Numbered from the stretch's first letter, positions 26,704-38,097 are shown. The stretch is DNA of 64,000 bases from Terriglobia bacterium (GCA_965206645.1 CBDBKE010000001.1:32001-96000), one strand, 5' to 3'. Notes: a model not told the origin generated them from the letters alone. Program-made: numbers and translations.

Positions 26704-27831
26704 ATGCGGAAGCGTGATCTTCTGATCTTGTTGGCTGTGCTTGGCTGGGCGGTCAGTTTTTGTGTTCCCGCACACGCCCAGTTCGCCAGGATGACGGGCG
26801 TAGTGAAGGGGAGTGATGGCCAGCCCGTCGCCGGCGCTCAGATCCTCATCGAGAACATCGACAGGAATTTAACTGCCAAGGTTAAGACCAACAAGAATGG
26901 CCGTTTTCTCCATGCCGGACTCACAGCCTTCAACCGCCATAACGTGACCCTCTTCGTCAATGGGCGGAAACGGAGCACGCGGCCAGGCATAGCGCTGGGA
27001 GGGCCGGGCTCCGAGACGACAGTTGATTTCGACTTGCAGGCGTCCCGCAGGCGGGCAGGCGGCCGAGCAGGCGGAAGTACGGCCCTCACCGCGAAACAGC
27101 GTAAGGAACTCGAGAAGCAACTCGACAAGGAGAATGTTGAGCGGGGCAAGATGGGGCAGCTCAATAAGGCCTTCGGCGATGGAGTGGCAGCGCTGAGGAT
27201 CCGAAATTACGACTTGGCCATCGCCCAGTTGGAAGAAGCGGCACAGTTGGGCCCCCGGCAACCCCCCGTGCTTGCGCATCTGGGGGAAGCCTACTTGGAA
27301 GCGGGCAAAGCCAGGCGCGGCACGGAATCCCGGGAGCTTTTTCAAAAGTCCGTCGAGGCTTACGGGAAGGCTGTTGCCTTGAAGCCGGAGGAGCCTGGCT
27401 ATCACAACAACTTTGGATTGGCCCTGGCTTTTTCGGGTGACTTGGAGCGGGCCGAGGAGGAACTGAGCAAATCCGCTGAGCTTGACCCCTCTAATGGCGG
27501 CCGTTACTTTTTCAACCTGGGCGCCGTGCTGACCAACAATGCCCAGATCAAGGGGGCTGTCCTGGCCTTCCGCAAGGCCACCGAGCTCGACCCCAAATAC
27601 TCGATGGCCTGGTATCAGCTTGGCGTGTCGTTGAGCGCTGAAGCCACTCTGGATGAGAAGACCGGCAAGATCACCCCGGTCCCCGGCACGGTGGAAGCCC
27701 TGCAGAAGTACATCGAATTGGAGCCGACTGGGGCCTACGCCGCAGGCGCCAAGTCCTTGATTGAATCGTTTGACGCCAAGATTGAGACCCAGTTCAAGAA
27801 GGAGAAGAAAAAGAGGCGCCGGCGGCGGTAG
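26704..27831 (+). CDS. Secreted TPR protein with N-terminal carboxypeptidase-regulatory-like domain
   Basis: Signal peptide; GVVKGSDGQPVAGA; several TPR repeats; basic tail. Confidence 0.85.
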   Translation: MRKRDLLILLAVLGWAVSFCVPAHAQFARMTGVVKGSDGQPVAGAQILIENIDRNLTAKVKTNKNGRFLHAGLTAFNRHNVTLFVNGRKRSTRPGIALGGPGSETTVDFDLQASRRRAGGRAGGSTALTAKQRKELEKQLDKENVERGKMGQLNKAFGDGVAALRIRNYDLAIAQLEEAAQLGPRQPPVLAHLGEAYLEAGKARRGTESRELFQKSVEAYGKAVALKPEEPGYHNNFGLALAFSGDLERAEEELSKSAELDPSNGGRYFFNLGAVLTNNAQIKGAVLAFRKATELDPKYSMAWYQLGVSLSAEATLDEKTGKITPVPGTVEALQKYIELEPTGAYAAGAKSLIESFDAKIETQFKKEKKKRRRRR

Positions 27832-27918
27832 GCGGGTTCGGGATTCTCCGTTTCGAGGGACAGCCGGGCGCCCGACCGGGACCGAAAGGGAAGGTCTGGC
27901 GCTTGGCATGTTGGTTTT

Positions 27919-28176
27919 ATGGGATTGTTGCTTCGGGTTGTCTTCTTTGGCCTTTTACTGTTCTTCCTCTTCTATCTCTACAGGAAGTTGGTGGGCTTCC
28001 TGCGCCTGTCTTCCGCTTCCTCCAGTTCGCCCCCTCCGATCACCGGGCAGGTCCACAAGGACCCGCAGTGCGGCATCTACGTAGCCGAGGAGTTGGCGCT
28101 GAAAGCGCCAGTCCGCGGTCAGCAATACTACTTCTGCTCTGCCGAATGCCGCGATCGCTTCCGGGCGGAAGGGTAG
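27919..28176 (+). CDS. Small membrane protein with YHS/TRASH domain
   Basis: TM helix then KDPQCG...YYFCSAECRDRF. Confidence 0.8.
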   Translation: MGLLLRVVFFGLLLFFLFYLYRKLVGFLRLSSASSSSPPPITGQVHKDPQCGIYVAEELALKAPVRGQQYYFCSAECRDRFRAEG

Positions 28177-28304
28177 CGCCCCCTGCAGCTATCAGAATTC
28201 CGCTCTTAGAGCGGGATATCCAACGCCCCCCCACACATCAAGCGCCGGCCACGGAACGCCGCATTGACGGGCTGGCGGTGGGGCACGTAACATAGCAGCA
28301 GCCC

Positions 28305-28715
28305 ATGGCGGAGCGACGGCAAGCGGTCGCAATTCCCGACAAGCTTTACTTCCGTATTGGAGAAGTTTGCAAGCTGACCCGTACGCACGCCTACGTCCTT
28401 CGCTTTTGGGAAAAGGAATTCCCGATGCTGAAGCCGGTGAAGAGTTCCACTGGACATCGCATGTACCGGCGCAAGGACGTGGAACTGGTATTGGAAATCA
28501 AAAAGCTCCTCTACCAGGAAGGCTTTACCATCGAGGGCGCCCGCAAAAAGCTGCGTACGGAAACTAAGCAGCAGAAGATTGCCTTTCCGGGCCCTGACCT
28601 GGCGCGACCAAAACCGGATCAACAAAAGCTGCGGCAAATCCGGCAGGAACTCGACGAATTGCTGCACCTGCTGAAGCGTCCGCAAACGGCGTTGGATACG
28701 GGCAACAGATCCTGA
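28305..28715 (+). CDS. MerR-family transcriptional regulator
   Basis: [12 protein letters not shown]...[10 protein letters not shown]...GFTIEGAR. Confidence 0.9.
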   Translation: MAERRQAVAIPDKLYFRIGEVCKLTRTHAYVLRFWEKEFPMLKPVKSSTGHRMYRRKDVELVLEIKKLLYQEGFTIEGARKKLRTETKQQKIAFPGPDLARPKPDQQKLRQIRQELDELLHLLKRPQTALDTGNRS

Positions 28716-28786
28716 CTAGGTGACCGCCAGACGCTATGACTTCTTGCGTTTGCTTTTTCTTTTCTTTCTAAAGAACACTCCAAAGG

Positions 28787-29140
28787 CTAAGGAATACTCC
28801 ACAGGAAATAGCCCGCAAGAGTTGTTCCAATAATTGCGGCGCCATAGCAGAGGGGGTTGATCATTTCACTCAGGTGTTTGATCTGCAACCCATCGTAGAG
28901 GGTGTAGCGGAACCGATGCGCCCAGTGGAAAAGCAGCAACGAGCAGAGAACGAATAAATAGATTCGCCCCAAGGGATGTCCGGCCAAAGCCAGCGCTCTT
29001 TCGTAGCTCGGTGTCTCCAGCCAACCCAGCGGAAACGCAATGCCAGAGAGGAGCAGGTGGACCGGAATCAGAAATGCAGCTACCACGCCGCCGGCGCTGA
29101 ACAGGGTCCACAGAAACGGTTCCAGCGGTCTTTTCGGCAT
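28787..29140 (-). CDS. frdD: Fumarate reductase membrane anchor subunit D
   Basis: EPFLWTLFSAGG...HRFR; position in operon. Confidence 0.88.
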   Translation of the reverse strand: MPKRPLEPFLWTLFSAGGVVAAFLIPVHLLLSGIAFPLGWLETPSYERALALAGHPLGRIYLFVLCSLLLFHWAHRFRYTLYDGLQIKHLSEMINPLCYGAAIIGTTLAGYFLWSIP

Positions 29141-29602
29141 TTACCCTCGCAGAAGCAACCAGGCCAGAATGCCTGAGACGACCAGCCAGGCCACGTAGTT
29201 CGGTGCGGTTACCAGGAAATCAGGAATCCGCTTGCCGCGAACGCGCACCACCATCGCCCGGGGCGTTAAGTTAAACCAGGTAATGGTGTGAAACAGCACG
29301 AAGAAGAAGCTGAGCACGTGCAGCGCCAGCAGCACGGGCGACTGCAAGCAGACCTGGAAGTTTGCGTAAGCTTCCCGCCCCTGGCTCAAGGCACGGATTT
29401 GTAGCAGGGTCATCACGACGAAAAACGCAACAAAGACGCTGCTGATTTCGCGGAGCATGAATGTGAAGAAAGACCATTGCCCTAGCCACCAAAACGTGGG
29501 GAGGCGCTTTCGATACCAGCGGGGCTGGTATTCCGAGTACGGAACACCAGGAGCTTCACCGTGTTGCTTGCCGGAGGCGACGGGTTGGTGGGCTTCGCTC
29601 AT
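29141..29602 (-). CDS. frdC: Fumarate reductase membrane anchor subunit C
   Basis: WW...FMLRE...[10 protein letters not shown]. Confidence 0.88.
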   Translation of the reverse strand: MSEAHQPVASGKQHGEAPGVPYSEYQPRWYRKRLPTFWWLGQWSFFTFMLREISSVFVAFFVVMTLLQIRALSQGREAYANFQVCLQSPVLLALHVLSFFFVLFHTITWFNLTPRAMVVRVRGKRIPDFLVTAPNYVAWLVVSGILAWLLLRG

Positions 29603-30378
29603 CGTTTTTCTGTGTCCCCGGCTCCTGTGTCCTCGGCTTTCGCGCTCCAGGGCATCAGAAAGGATTTAAACCAGTCCTTGGCTACCGCCAATTTGTATTG
29701 CTGAATCGCTCCGGCTGGATCCACATTCTTCGGACACACCTTGGTGCACTCGCCAACAAACGTGCAGGCCCAGATGCCATCATGGTCGGAAAGAATCTGG
29801 AGGCGCTCGGCGGTGCCTTGGTCCCGGTTGTCCAGGTTATAGCGCTGCGCCAGAGCAAGAGCCGCCGGTCCAACAAAGATGGGGTCCAGCCCGTAGACCG
29901 GGCAGGCAGCGTAGCAGAGCATGCAATTGATGCACATGCTGAACTGCTTGTAGGTTTCCAGCTCGGCCGGGGTCTGCAGGTATTCTCCTTCCGAAAGGGG
30001 CTTCTCCTGTTCGCGGACGATCCATGGCTTGACCTTCGTCAGCTTGGTCATGAACTCCGACATTTCACTGACTAAATCCCGCGCAACCGGAAAATAGCGA
30101 AGCGGCTCCACCCGTATCGGCCCGGGCGTGTACTGCGTCAGGAAGGTAGCGCAAGTCAGCTTCGGCTCCCCGTTCACCATCATCCCGCAACTGCCGCAAA
30201 TCCCCATGTGGCAGGACCAGCGGAAGGCGAGTGAGCCGTCCAGACGGTCCTTGATGTGGTTCAGGGCATCCAGGACCACCCAATCCTTATGCAGGGGCAC
30301 TGTGTAGCTTTGCAAAGAAGGTTCCCGGTCCCGTTCGGGGGAATACCGGGTCACCTCCAGGGTAATCGTCTCCGCCAT
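29599..30378 (-). CDS. frdB: Fumarate reductase iron-sulfur subunit
   Basis: [34 protein letters not shown]. Confidence 0.95.
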   Translation of the reverse strand: MAETITLEVTRYSPERDREPSLQSYTVPLHKDWVVLDALNHIKDRLDGSLAFRWSCHMGICGSCGMMVNGEPKLTCATFLTQYTPGPIRVEPLRYFPVARDLVSEMSEFMTKLTKVKPWIVREQEKPLSEGEYLQTPAELETYKQFSMCINCMLCYAACPVYGLDPIFVGPAALALAQRYNLDNRDQGTAERLQILSDHDGIWACTFVGECTKVCPKNVDPAGAIQQYKLAVAKDWFKSFLMPWSAKAEDTGAGDTEKR

Positions 30379-30411
30379 GTTTATTCGCCTTCCTGGCGTT
30401 GGTTTTTAGCG

Positions 30412-32163
30412 TTAGTTTTTAGCGTTGTTCTTATCTGCGGCCTGCCGGAGCATCTGCTCGCGCCGGGCTTTGAACTCCGTTCCCGGCTTCCATTCCGGGT
30501 ACTTGTTTCCCTGCGCCAGGCTGTAGCCGACCTGGAAAAAGAGTTGGAGGTCTTCGATGGCGCCTGACAGGTCCCAATCCGGCTTCACTTCATCAGAAAC
30601 CTTGTGATAGTCGCGCTTGGTGTATTCCTTCCGTTTTTGTGCTCCGTACCCCTCCGGCTTGCCGATGAATTCGGTGCCCGAGTCCGGACTCAGGGCTGGC
30701 ACGCCCTGCTTGGCGAACTCGAAGTGATCCGAGCGATAGAAGTACCCCTTCTCCGGTTCTGCATCTGGCTTGACCGTGCGCCCCTGTGTCGCGGCGGCAT
30801 CGCGCAGCAGGTCGTCCAGCGTCGTGTTGCCATAGCCGATGCTGACGATGTCCCGGGTCCGTCCCCACTGGTTCATGCCGTCCATATTGATGTTGGCGAG
30901 CGTCCGGTGGAGCGGGTAGAGCGGGTTATGAGCGTAGAACTTGGTGCCCAGCAGGCCCTGCTCTTCCGCGGTCACCGCAAGAAACAAGATGGAGCGCTTC
31001 GGCGGTACCGCAAGCTTCGTGAACGCCTCAGCGATCTCGAGCAGCCCCGCAGTGCCGGAGGCGTTATCCAGCGCGCCGTTGAAAATCTGGTCGCCCTGCC
31101 GTTTCTCATCCCGCCCCAGGTGGTCCCAGTGCGCGGTGTAAATCACGTACTCGTCTTTGAGTTGCGGGTCGGATCCTTCCAGCTTGGCGATGACGTTGCG
31201 CGACTCAATCTCGCGAAGCCGGTTCTGGACGTGAAAGCTGGCGCGGGCCTTGAGCGGAACGGGCTGAAAGTCCCGGCTCAATGCGGCCTTCTTCAGGGCA
31301 TCAAAGTCCAGACCGCTGGCGGCGAGCAGTCGCTTGGCCTGGCGCAGGTGGATCCAGGCTTCTACGGCGACCCAGTCCAGATTCTTGCCCGGGGTTTTGA
31401 TATCGAAGTTTTCGCCTCCCCAGCTACTGGAGACCACCTCGTAGGGATAGCCGGCAGGACCAGTCTCGTGAATGATGAGGGCGGCGGCCGCGCCTTTCTT
31501 GGACGCAATCTCGTACTTATAGGTCCAGCGCCCGTAGTAGGTCATCGCCCGGCCTTTAAAGATGTTGTCGTCGAGCCGGCCAGGGTCGCGCGGGTCCGGA
31601 ACCGCGGGATCGTTGATCAGGATCAGAAGTGTTTTACCCTTGACGTCCACGCCCTTGTAGTCGTCCCAATCATACTCCGGCGCCACCACTCCGTAGCCGA
31701 CAAAGACGATCTCGGAGTCCTCAACCTTCACCTGCGGCACGAACCGGCGGGTGACCGCGACATAATCATCCGGAAAGCGCAGATTCAGCTTCTTGCCGCC
31801 GACGGCAAACGAAGCCGTGGATTTGGCAGTGAGGCCGACCAGCGGCACCCGCTGCTCGAAGGTGCCATCGGGGTTGCCCGGTTGGAGGCCGAGCTGCTGG
31901 AACTGGTGGGAGAGATAGCTCACCGTCAGCTCTTCCCCCTTGCTGCCCGGCGCGCGCCCTTCGTATTCGTCCGAGGCCATCACACGGATGTGCCGAAGCA
32001 GATCGCCGCTGGTGATCGTCCCCAGGGCGGGTCTGATTTCCGGAGCCACCAGTGAGGCACCGCTGCGCTCCGCGGGTTTCCTGGCGTCGCAGCCTAGGTG
32101 AAGCAGGCCAAGAGCGATTGTCAATCCGCAGACCAAAAGCCGCCTGAGTCTCCTCCGTGTCAT
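30412..32163 (-). CDS. M28-family peptidase with PA domain, lipoprotein
   Basis: Lipobox-like HLGC; [31 protein letters not shown]. Confidence 0.9.
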   Translation of the reverse strand: MTRRRLRRLLVCGLTIALGLLHLGCDARKPAERSGASLVAPEIRPALGTITSGDLLRHIRVMASDEYEGRAPGSKGEELTVSYLSHQFQQLGLQPGNPDGTFEQRVPLVGLTAKSTASFAVGGKKLNLRFPDDYVAVTRRFVPQVKVEDSEIVFVGYGVVAPEYDWDDYKGVDVKGKTLLILINDPAVPDPRDPGRLDDNIFKGRAMTYYGRWTYKYEIASKKGAAAALIIHETGPAGYPYEVVSSSWGGENFDIKTPGKNLDWVAVEAWIHLRQAKRLLAASGLDFDALKKAALSRDFQPVPLKARASFHVQNRLREIESRNVIAKLEGSDPQLKDEYVIYTAHWDHLGRDEKRQGDQIFNGALDNASGTAGLLEIAEAFTKLAVPPKRSILFLAVTAEEQGLLGTKFYAHNPLYPLHRTLANINMDGMNQWGRTRDIVSIGYGNTTLDDLLRDAAATQGRTVKPDAEPEKGYFYRSDHFEFAKQGVPALSPDSGTEFIGKPEGYGAQKRKEYTKRDYHKVSDEVKPDWDLSGAIEDLQLFFQVGYSLAQGNKYPEWKPGTEFKARREQMLRQAADKNNAKN

Positions 32164-32272
32164 GGTGCCGCAGATGTCAAGCCGCGGAGGCCAAAGTGAC
32201 TCCGCTCATTCCCCTTGTCCGCCCCGCCCGGCCTCCCCCTATTGGGTCAATAGAGACCTCTACCATCCATTA

Positions 32273-34012
32273 CTATCCGTAGACGCGCTCGCCGGGCGCC
32301 CAGCGGGTGATGGTGACCGGCAGATGCTCCACGCGCGCTGAACCGTCCGCATTTCGAAACACCAGCGAGTGCACCAGGTACTTCTCGTTATCCCGAGCCG
32401 GGAAGTCGGTGCGCTGGTGCGCTCCGCGGGATTCCTTCCGGTTCAAAGCGCTCTCGACGATCGCTTCGGCCACGTCCAGCATGAAGCCAAGCTCGAGCGC
32501 AGTCGTCAACTCGGTGTTGAAGGTGCGGCTGCGGTCGTCGAGGTTGATATCCAGAAACCGCTCCTGCAACGTCCGCAGAGTTTGCGCGGCAGCGCTCAGC
32601 TCCGTCCCCGTCCGGTAAATGCCGGCGCTGCTCTCCGTGGTCTGCTGCATCTCCTCCCGGATGGTGGCGATGCGCTCCCGGCCTCCCGTCTTGCGCAGAA
32701 ACTGCTCTTCCAGTCGGCGCTGCTCCTCAGCCGCCTGCGCCAGAACGTGCGCACCGGGCCCGCGCTGCTCGGAGGCGAACACAGCCGCCGCCTGTCCTGC
32801 TCGCGCCCCGAAGACCAGCAGTTCCGGCAGGGAATTGGAACCCAGGCGGTTGGCCCCGTTGATGCTGACACAAGCGACCTCGCCAGCGGCATACAGTCCC
32901 GCCAGCGGCGTTGCGCCGTTCATGTCGGTGTGCACCCCGCCCATCATGTAGTGCACCACGGGGCGCACCGGGATCAGCTCCCGGACCGGGTCAATGTTCT
33001 GGTATTTCTGGCACAGCTCGCGCACGAACGGCAGCTTGGCGTTGATGAGCTTCTCTCCCAGATGCCGCAGGTCTAGGTGGACGACCGGGCCGTAGGGAGT
33101 GTCAATGGTGCGGCCTTTCTGTTGCTCTTTGACGAAGGCCTGCGACAGCCGGTCGCGGGGTCCCAGTTCCATGGAGCGCAGCACCGGCTTGGGCTGCGGC
33201 GTTCCCAGGTTGTAGTCCTGCAGGTAGCGATAACCATCCTTGTTCAGCATGTAGCCGCCCTCGGCGCGGGAGGCTTCGGTGATCAGGATGCCCGTGAAGG
33301 GCAAGCCGGTCGGATGGTACTGAACGAATTCCATGTCCTTCAGCGGAGCACCGGCCCGGTAGGCCAGCGCCATGCCGTCGCCGTTCTTGATGCTGCCGTT
33401 GGTGGTGAACGGATAGACCCGGCCACAGCCTCCCGTGCACAGGATCACGGCCTTGGCGGTGATGGCCTGCACCTGTCCCGTCATCAGCTCCAGTGCGACC
33501 ACCCCCTGCACTCGGCCGTCGTCGACCAGCAGCTTGGTGGCAAACCACTCGTCGTAGCGGATCAGGGTGCTGTATTTCAGGCAGGTCTGAAACAGAGTGT
33601 GCAACATGTGGAAGCCGGTCTTGTCGGCGGCAAACCAGGTGCGCATCTTTTTCATTCCGCCAAACGCCCGCACGGCAATATGCCCGTCCGGGTCCCGGCT
33701 CCAGGGACAGCCCCAGTGCTCCATCCGAAGCAGCTCTTCGGGAGCTTCCTTGATGAAGGCCTCCACGGCATCCTGGTCGCACAGCCAGTCGCCCCCGGAG
33801 ATGGTGTCGTAAGCGTGCTCATCCAGGCTGTCGTTGGGCTTGACGACGGCTGCGGCGCCCCCCTCGGCGGAGACGGTGTGGCTCCGCATGGGGTAAACCT
33901 TGGAGACGACCGCGATGCTGAGTCGGGGATTGACTTCCGCCACGGCAATGGCCGCGCGCAGACCCGCGCCTCCACCCCCAACAATCAGAACGTCGTGAGA
34001 TGAACTTTCCAT
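32273..34012 (-). CDS. frdA: Fumarate reductase flavoprotein subunit
   Basis: [36 protein letters not shown]. Confidence 0.95.
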   Translation of the reverse strand: MESSSHDVLIVGGGGAGLRAAIAVAEVNPRLSIAVVSKVYPMRSHTVSAEGGAAAVVKPNDSLDEHAYDTISGGDWLCDQDAVEAFIKEAPEELLRMEHWGCPWSRDPDGHIAVRAFGGMKKMRTWFAADKTGFHMLHTLFQTCLKYSTLIRYDEWFATKLLVDDGRVQGVVALELMTGQVQAITAKAVILCTGGCGRVYPFTTNGSIKNGDGMALAYRAGAPLKDMEFVQYHPTGLPFTGILITEASRAEGGYMLNKDGYRYLQDYNLGTPQPKPVLRSMELGPRDRLSQAFVKEQQKGRTIDTPYGPVVHLDLRHLGEKLINAKLPFVRELCQKYQNIDPVRELIPVRPVVHYMMGGVHTDMNGATPLAGLYAAGEVACVSINGANRLGSNSLPELLVFGARAGQAAAVFASEQRGPGAHVLAQAAEEQRRLEEQFLRKTGGRERIATIREEMQQTTESSAGIYRTGTELSAAAQTLRTLQERFLDINLDDRSRTFNTELTTALELGFMLDVAEAIVESALNRKESRGAHQRTDFPARDNEKYLVHSLVFRNADGSARVEHLPVTITRWAPGERVYG

Positions 34013-34109
34013 GCCGGTTGAACGTTCGAGAATTTACGCGGTGGATGGTGAGGTTGTCAATGTGCAAAACCGGTCGGAGCGGCCAGGGGTCCCAGAGGGC
34101 AGATCCACT

Positions 34110-34583
34110 CTACACGACGGCCCGCTCCTGCACAGCGTCGCCGACCCGAATTTCACCCTGGGTGAGAATCTGCGCCCGCAGGCCGCCCCGGTGGATCAGG
34201 CCGCGCAGGACTCCGGGCCGGGTGAGCTTTTCTACATGGGAACAGGGTTCGCACAGCCGAATGCCGCGCAGCGTTACTTCGCCGACCTGAAACTCCTGGC
34301 CCGCTAGGTGATTCAGAGGGACCTGGCGGGTGACGATATTGCGGCGGGACTGGCCCGCATCCAGCTCCACTCCTGATTCGTGTTTCAAAGCTTCAATGGT
34401 TTCGATCTCGATCAGCGTCACCTCGCTATCCGGACGGGGCTTGTCGGAGTAGGTCCCAACTCCGTGGAAGTAGCGGTCACCCTCCAGCCCGCGACCGGGC
34501 ACGGCACGCGCCTGGGGAACCGAGCGCATGGACGTGCTGGCCTCTGGGGCGATGTGCAGGGAAACTACCACGCCTTTCCACAT
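34110..34583 (-). CDS. MOSC-domain protein
   Basis: GLEGDRY, RRNIVT, CEPC, RGGLRA; SD AAGGAG before ATG 34583. Confidence 0.88.
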   Translation of the reverse strand: MWKGVVVSLHIAPEASTSMRSVPQARAVPGRGLEGDRYFHGVGTYSDKPRPDSEVTLIEIETIEALKHESGVELDAGQSRRNIVTRQVPLNHLAGQEFQVGEVTLRGIRLCEPCSHVEKLTRPGVLRGLIHRGGLRAQILTQGEIRVGDAVQERAVV

Positions 34584-34762
34584 TTCTGTCAGGCTCCTTT
34601 CCTGGCTTAGGGGCATGGCGGAAGCTGCAGCCTTGGGCGATCCTGCCCTCGGAGGGCGGGTGCCCAATGCTGGCCTCTACTCGCAAACCTGTTGTACCGG
34701 GCTGCAGTGGATCGGCCGCTCCACTGCCAGCGCCGGGTTTGCCCGTACGAGATCACGACTCG

Positions 34763-34813
34763 TTAGCAGCAATCGTCACACGGACACGGTACGGAGCATG
34801 GACACTGGCACAT
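34763..34813 (-). CDS. 16-aa Cys-rich micropeptide MCQCPCSVPCPCDDCC (metallothionein-like)
   Basis: SD AAAGGAGG 6 nt before ATG; 7 of 16 residues are Cys; overlaps the ArsR 3' end. Confidence 0.65.
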   Translation of the reverse strand: MCQCPCSVPCPCDDCC

Positions 34814-35228
34814 GGCTGGCCTCCTTTCCCGGCGTGTTCGCACGCCGTTTTCTAGGTTGAACTCCCACCACGCATTTGCCACTCTGACGCAGCTTCAGCC
34901 GCGCCTCCAGCCGCTTCAGATCGGTCTGGACGTCGTGGCAGCAGCACACCGTCTCCAGGCAACAACGGATCTGCTCAAAGAAGGGATGCTTAGCATCCTT
35001 CAGTCGCACATAGACCCAGCGCCCTTCGCGTCGCTCTTCGACCAAGTCGGCGGTTTTCATCAGCTTCAGGTGGCGACTGACGTTGGGTTGCGAAACCTGG
35101 AGCGCGTCTACCAACTCGCAGACGCACAGCCCCCCTTCTACCGCGGTCAGGCAACAGGTCAGGCGCAGGCGGAGCGGATCGCCGAGGGCCGCGAAGAGCT
35201 CCTGAGGATGGGCCAGATTCACATTCAT
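34776..35228 (-). CDS. ArsR/SmtB-family metalloregulator
   Basis: LFAALGDPLRL, LCVCEL, SQPNVSRHL; additional CC and CCC. Confidence 0.92.
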   Translation of the reverse strand: MNVNLAHPQELFAALGDPLRLRLTCCLTAVEGGLCVCELVDALQVSQPNVSRHLKLMKTADLVEERREGRWVYVRLKDAKHPFFEQIRCCLETVCCCHDVQTDLKRLEARLKLRQSGKCVVGVQPRKRRANTPGKEASHVPVSMLRTVSV

Positions 35229-35248
35229 ATATTCACGTCTTTGAATAT
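35229..35248. promoter_or_regulatory. Probable ArsR autoregulatory operator
   Basis: ATATTCA-cgtctt-TGAATAT palindrome abutting the start codon; TTGACA on the minus strand at 35261-35266. Confidence 0.65.
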
Positions 35249-35532
35249 GTTGCGCCCTTGTGTCAAGCCTTTTCTGCGACGCCTCAACAACCCACCGGGA
35301 GCTAAGCGCGGCACGTGCCGCCCGCCCGCCGGTCGTGGGGGGTGGGTCGTTGGGCGTCGGTCGCTGTGGGGGCGCGGCCGTTCCTGGCCATGCGACCCAC
35401 CGGAAACGTTCGGAAAAGGATTTTCAGCGGCCTGCTGGGATGAGACGGTATGCCACCGTTTGGGGCGGGAACCGCTTGCAAACGGCGATATAATAGAAGT
35501 CGGGGTCCGCGACGGTCCCGCAGAAGGAGGGT

Positions 35533-36027
35533 GTGCCTGTGTCTGGTCGAATCCCGAAAGAGCGTTGGAAAATTGGCGCAGGAATCCTGTTGATTCTGGC
35601 CACGATTACCTGGCTGGCAGTCAGCGGCATTCAGGAAAGCAAGACCTACTATGTCACCGTCCCGGAGCTGCAGGCCATGGGCGATGAGGCATACGGCAAG
35701 CGGCTGCGCGTAGGCGGCGATGTCACCGTCGGTTCCATTCACCGGGACCACGACCGCGTCTCGTTCACCCTGGAGCAAGAGAGCAACACGCTTCCAGTCC
35801 TGTATGTAGGGACCGAGCCACTGCCGGACACCTTCCGCGACCGCGCGCAGGCGCTGGCCGACGGCTCCTACGGGCCCGACGGGGTTTTCGTAGCCAAGCG
35901 GATTCAGGCCAAGTGCGCCTCCAAGTATGAGGCCCAGAAGCCGAGTGCAACGCATGAGGCGCAAGAACCGGGTGAGACCGGCGTTGTGCCGGAGGCCCCA
36001 GCCCAGCAAGGTTCGAGGACGTACTAA
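35533..36027 (+). CDS. ccmE: Cytochrome c maturation heme chaperone, CxxxY type
   Basis: YYVTV, PDTF, AKCASKY. Confidence 0.9.
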   Translation: MPVSGRIPKERWKIGAGILLILATITWLAVSGIQESKTYYVTVPELQAMGDEAYGKRLRVGGDVTVGSIHRDHDRVSFTLEQESNTLPVLYVGTEPLPDTFRDRAQALADGSYGPDGVFVAKRIQAKCASKYEAQKPSATHEAQEPGETGVVPEAPAQQGSRTY

Positions 36028-36030
36028 TCC

Positions 36031-38097
36031 ATGGAGCACATAGGGGCATTCGCCCTAGTTCTGGCGTTCGGGTTGTGTCTGTACGCCCTGGTGGTGGCGC
36101 TGGCCGGGCACTGGTCGCATCGGCCGACGCTGGTGGCCAGCGCGGGGCGCTCCGTCACCGCCCTGTGGGTGTCCTTGACGGTGGCCATCGGCGCACTGGT
36201 GGTGTTGTTTCAGCAGGACAGTTTCCACGTCGCGAACGTGGCCGCGCACAGCAACATCACGATGCCGGCCATCTACAAGCTCAGCGCGCTATGGTCGGGC
36301 CAGGAAGGCTCGCTGCTGTTCTGGAGCTGGCTGCTGGCCTGCTACAGCGTGATTGCAGTCCGGCTGAACCGGCGGCATCTGCCCGAGCTGCAACCCTACG
36401 TCATTGCCACCTTGATGGTGGTGCAAGGCTTCTTCCTGGTGCTGAACTTGTTTGTCGTCCACCCGTTCACCCTGTTGGGGTTCGAGACTTCCGAGGGCTT
36501 CGCTCGGTTCGTCCCCCCTGACGGCAGCGGGATGAACCCACTGCTGCAGTACTGGATGATGGCCATCCACCCGCCGATGCTTTACCTGGGCTACATCGGC
36601 TTCTCGGTGCCCTTCGCCTTCGCCATGGCCGCCCTGATCACCCGCGCTCCCGGCGAGGGTTGGATCCGGGCCACCCGCAACTGGACCATGATCGCCTGGC
36701 TGTTCCAGACGGTTGGCGTCTTGCTCGGCGCACGCTGGGCCTACGCCGTGCTGGGCTGGGGCGGGTACTGGGGGTGGGACCCGGTGGAGAACGCCTCGCT
36801 ACTGCCCTGGCTGACTGGCACCGCCTTCCTGCACTCGGTCATGATGCAGGAAAAGAAAGGAATGATGAAGGTGTGGAACATGGTTCTGGTGTTCACCACT
36901 TTCTTCTTGTGCATCTTCGGCACCTTCTTGACGCGTAGCGGCATTGTCAGCTCGGTCCACACTTTTGCCCTGTCGCCCATCGGCCCCTACTTTGTTGCTT
37001 TCCTGCTGGCCGGCATCGCCTTCTCGGTCGTGCTGATCCTGATCCGGCGGGGACTACGACTCCGCCCATGGCCACATTTCCTGCCGCATGACTACTTGAC
37101 GAGCGAGAATCAGCTCGAATCAGTGGTCTCCCGTGAGTCCAGTTTCCTGTTCAACAACCTGATTTTGCTCGCTGCCTGCTTTGCGGTGCTGTGGGGCACC
37201 CTGTTTCCGGTGATCACCGAATACATTCAGGGTACCAAGATCACCGTGGGCCCGCCGTTTTTCAACAAAGTAAACATCCCCATAGGACTGTTTCTCCTGT
37301 TCCTGACCGGCGTGGGGCCGCTGATCGCCTGGCGGCGCAGTTCCCTCAAGAGCCTGGAGAAGAGCCTGTTTCCACCGGCGTTGTTTGGTGTGGCGTTCGG
37401 GGCTTTGACCTTTTGGCTCGGCGCCCGCGGTTTCTACCCGCTGGTCTCGTTCACCCTGTGTGGCTTTGTGGCCGCCACGGTGATCTCGGAATTCTACCGG
37501 GGGGCGTGGGCCATCCGGCGCAAGACAGCCGTGTCGCTGCCCAGAGCGGCCGTGCATCTCACCCTGCGGAACACGCGCCGCTACGGCGGCTACATCGTCC
37601 ACCTGGGAATCGTGTTCGTCTTCATTGGCTTCACGGGCGCTGCCTTTAACGTCGAGAAGCAGGGCCAGTTGAAGCCCGGCGAGCCGCTGGTGGTCCACAA
37701 TTTCACGCTCGCACTGGAACGCATCGAGATGGGTGAGACCGACAACTATGCTTTCCAGCGAGCTTACGTCCGCACCGAAAAGAACGGTCGGCCCATCGCC
37801 ACCATGATGCCGGAAAAGCGCATGTACAAGACCAGCCAGCAGCCGACCAGTGAGGTGGCTATCCGCTCGCGCATGAGCGAGGACCTGTACGTAGTGCTGG
37901 CCGAGGCCGGCGCCGACGGCGGCGCCTTCCTCCAGGTGTTCCTGAACCCCCTGGTGAACTGGATCTGGCTGGGAGGGTTTGTGATGGCGCTGGGAACCGG
38001 CATTGCCTTGGTGCCCAATCGCCCGCCGCCGCCGGCGCGCGTGGCCCTCAAGGTCACGTCTCAAAGGACCAAACAAAAGGATGAAGTCCTGGCATAA
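36031..38097 (+). CDS. ccmF: Cytochrome c heme lyase subunit
   Basis: WSGQEGSLL, IHPP, WGGYWGWDPVEN, SVH. Confidence 0.95.
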   Translation: MEHIGAFALVLAFGLCLYALVVALAGHWSHRPTLVASAGRSVTALWVSLTVAIGALVVLFQQDSFHVANVAAHSNITMPAIYKLSALWSGQEGSLLFWSWLLACYSVIAVRLNRRHLPELQPYVIATLMVVQGFFLVLNLFVVHPFTLLGFETSEGFARFVPPDGSGMNPLLQYWMMAIHPPMLYLGYIGFSVPFAFAMAALITRAPGEGWIRATRNWTMIAWLFQTVGVLLGARWAYAVLGWGGYWGWDPVENASLLPWLTGTAFLHSVMMQEKKGMMKVWNMVLVFTTFFLCIFGTFLTRSGIVSSVHTFALSPIGPYFVAFLLAGIAFSVVLILIRRGLRLRPWPHFLPHDYLTSENQLESVVSRESSFLFNNLILLAACFAVLWGTLFPVITEYIQGTKITVGPPFFNKVNIPIGLFLLFLTGVGPLIAWRRSSLKSLEKSLFPPALFGVAFGALTFWLGARGFYPLVSFTLCGFVAATVISEFYRGAWAIRRKTAVSLPRAAVHLTLRNTRRYGGYIVHLGIVFVFIGFTGAAFNVEKQGQLKPGEPLVVHNFTLALERIEMGETDNYAFQRAYVRTEKNGRPIATMMPEKRMYKTSQQPTSEVAIRSRMSEDLYVVLAEAGADGGAFLQVFLNPLVNWIWLGGFVMALGTGIALVPNRPPPPARVALKVTSQRTKQKDEVLA

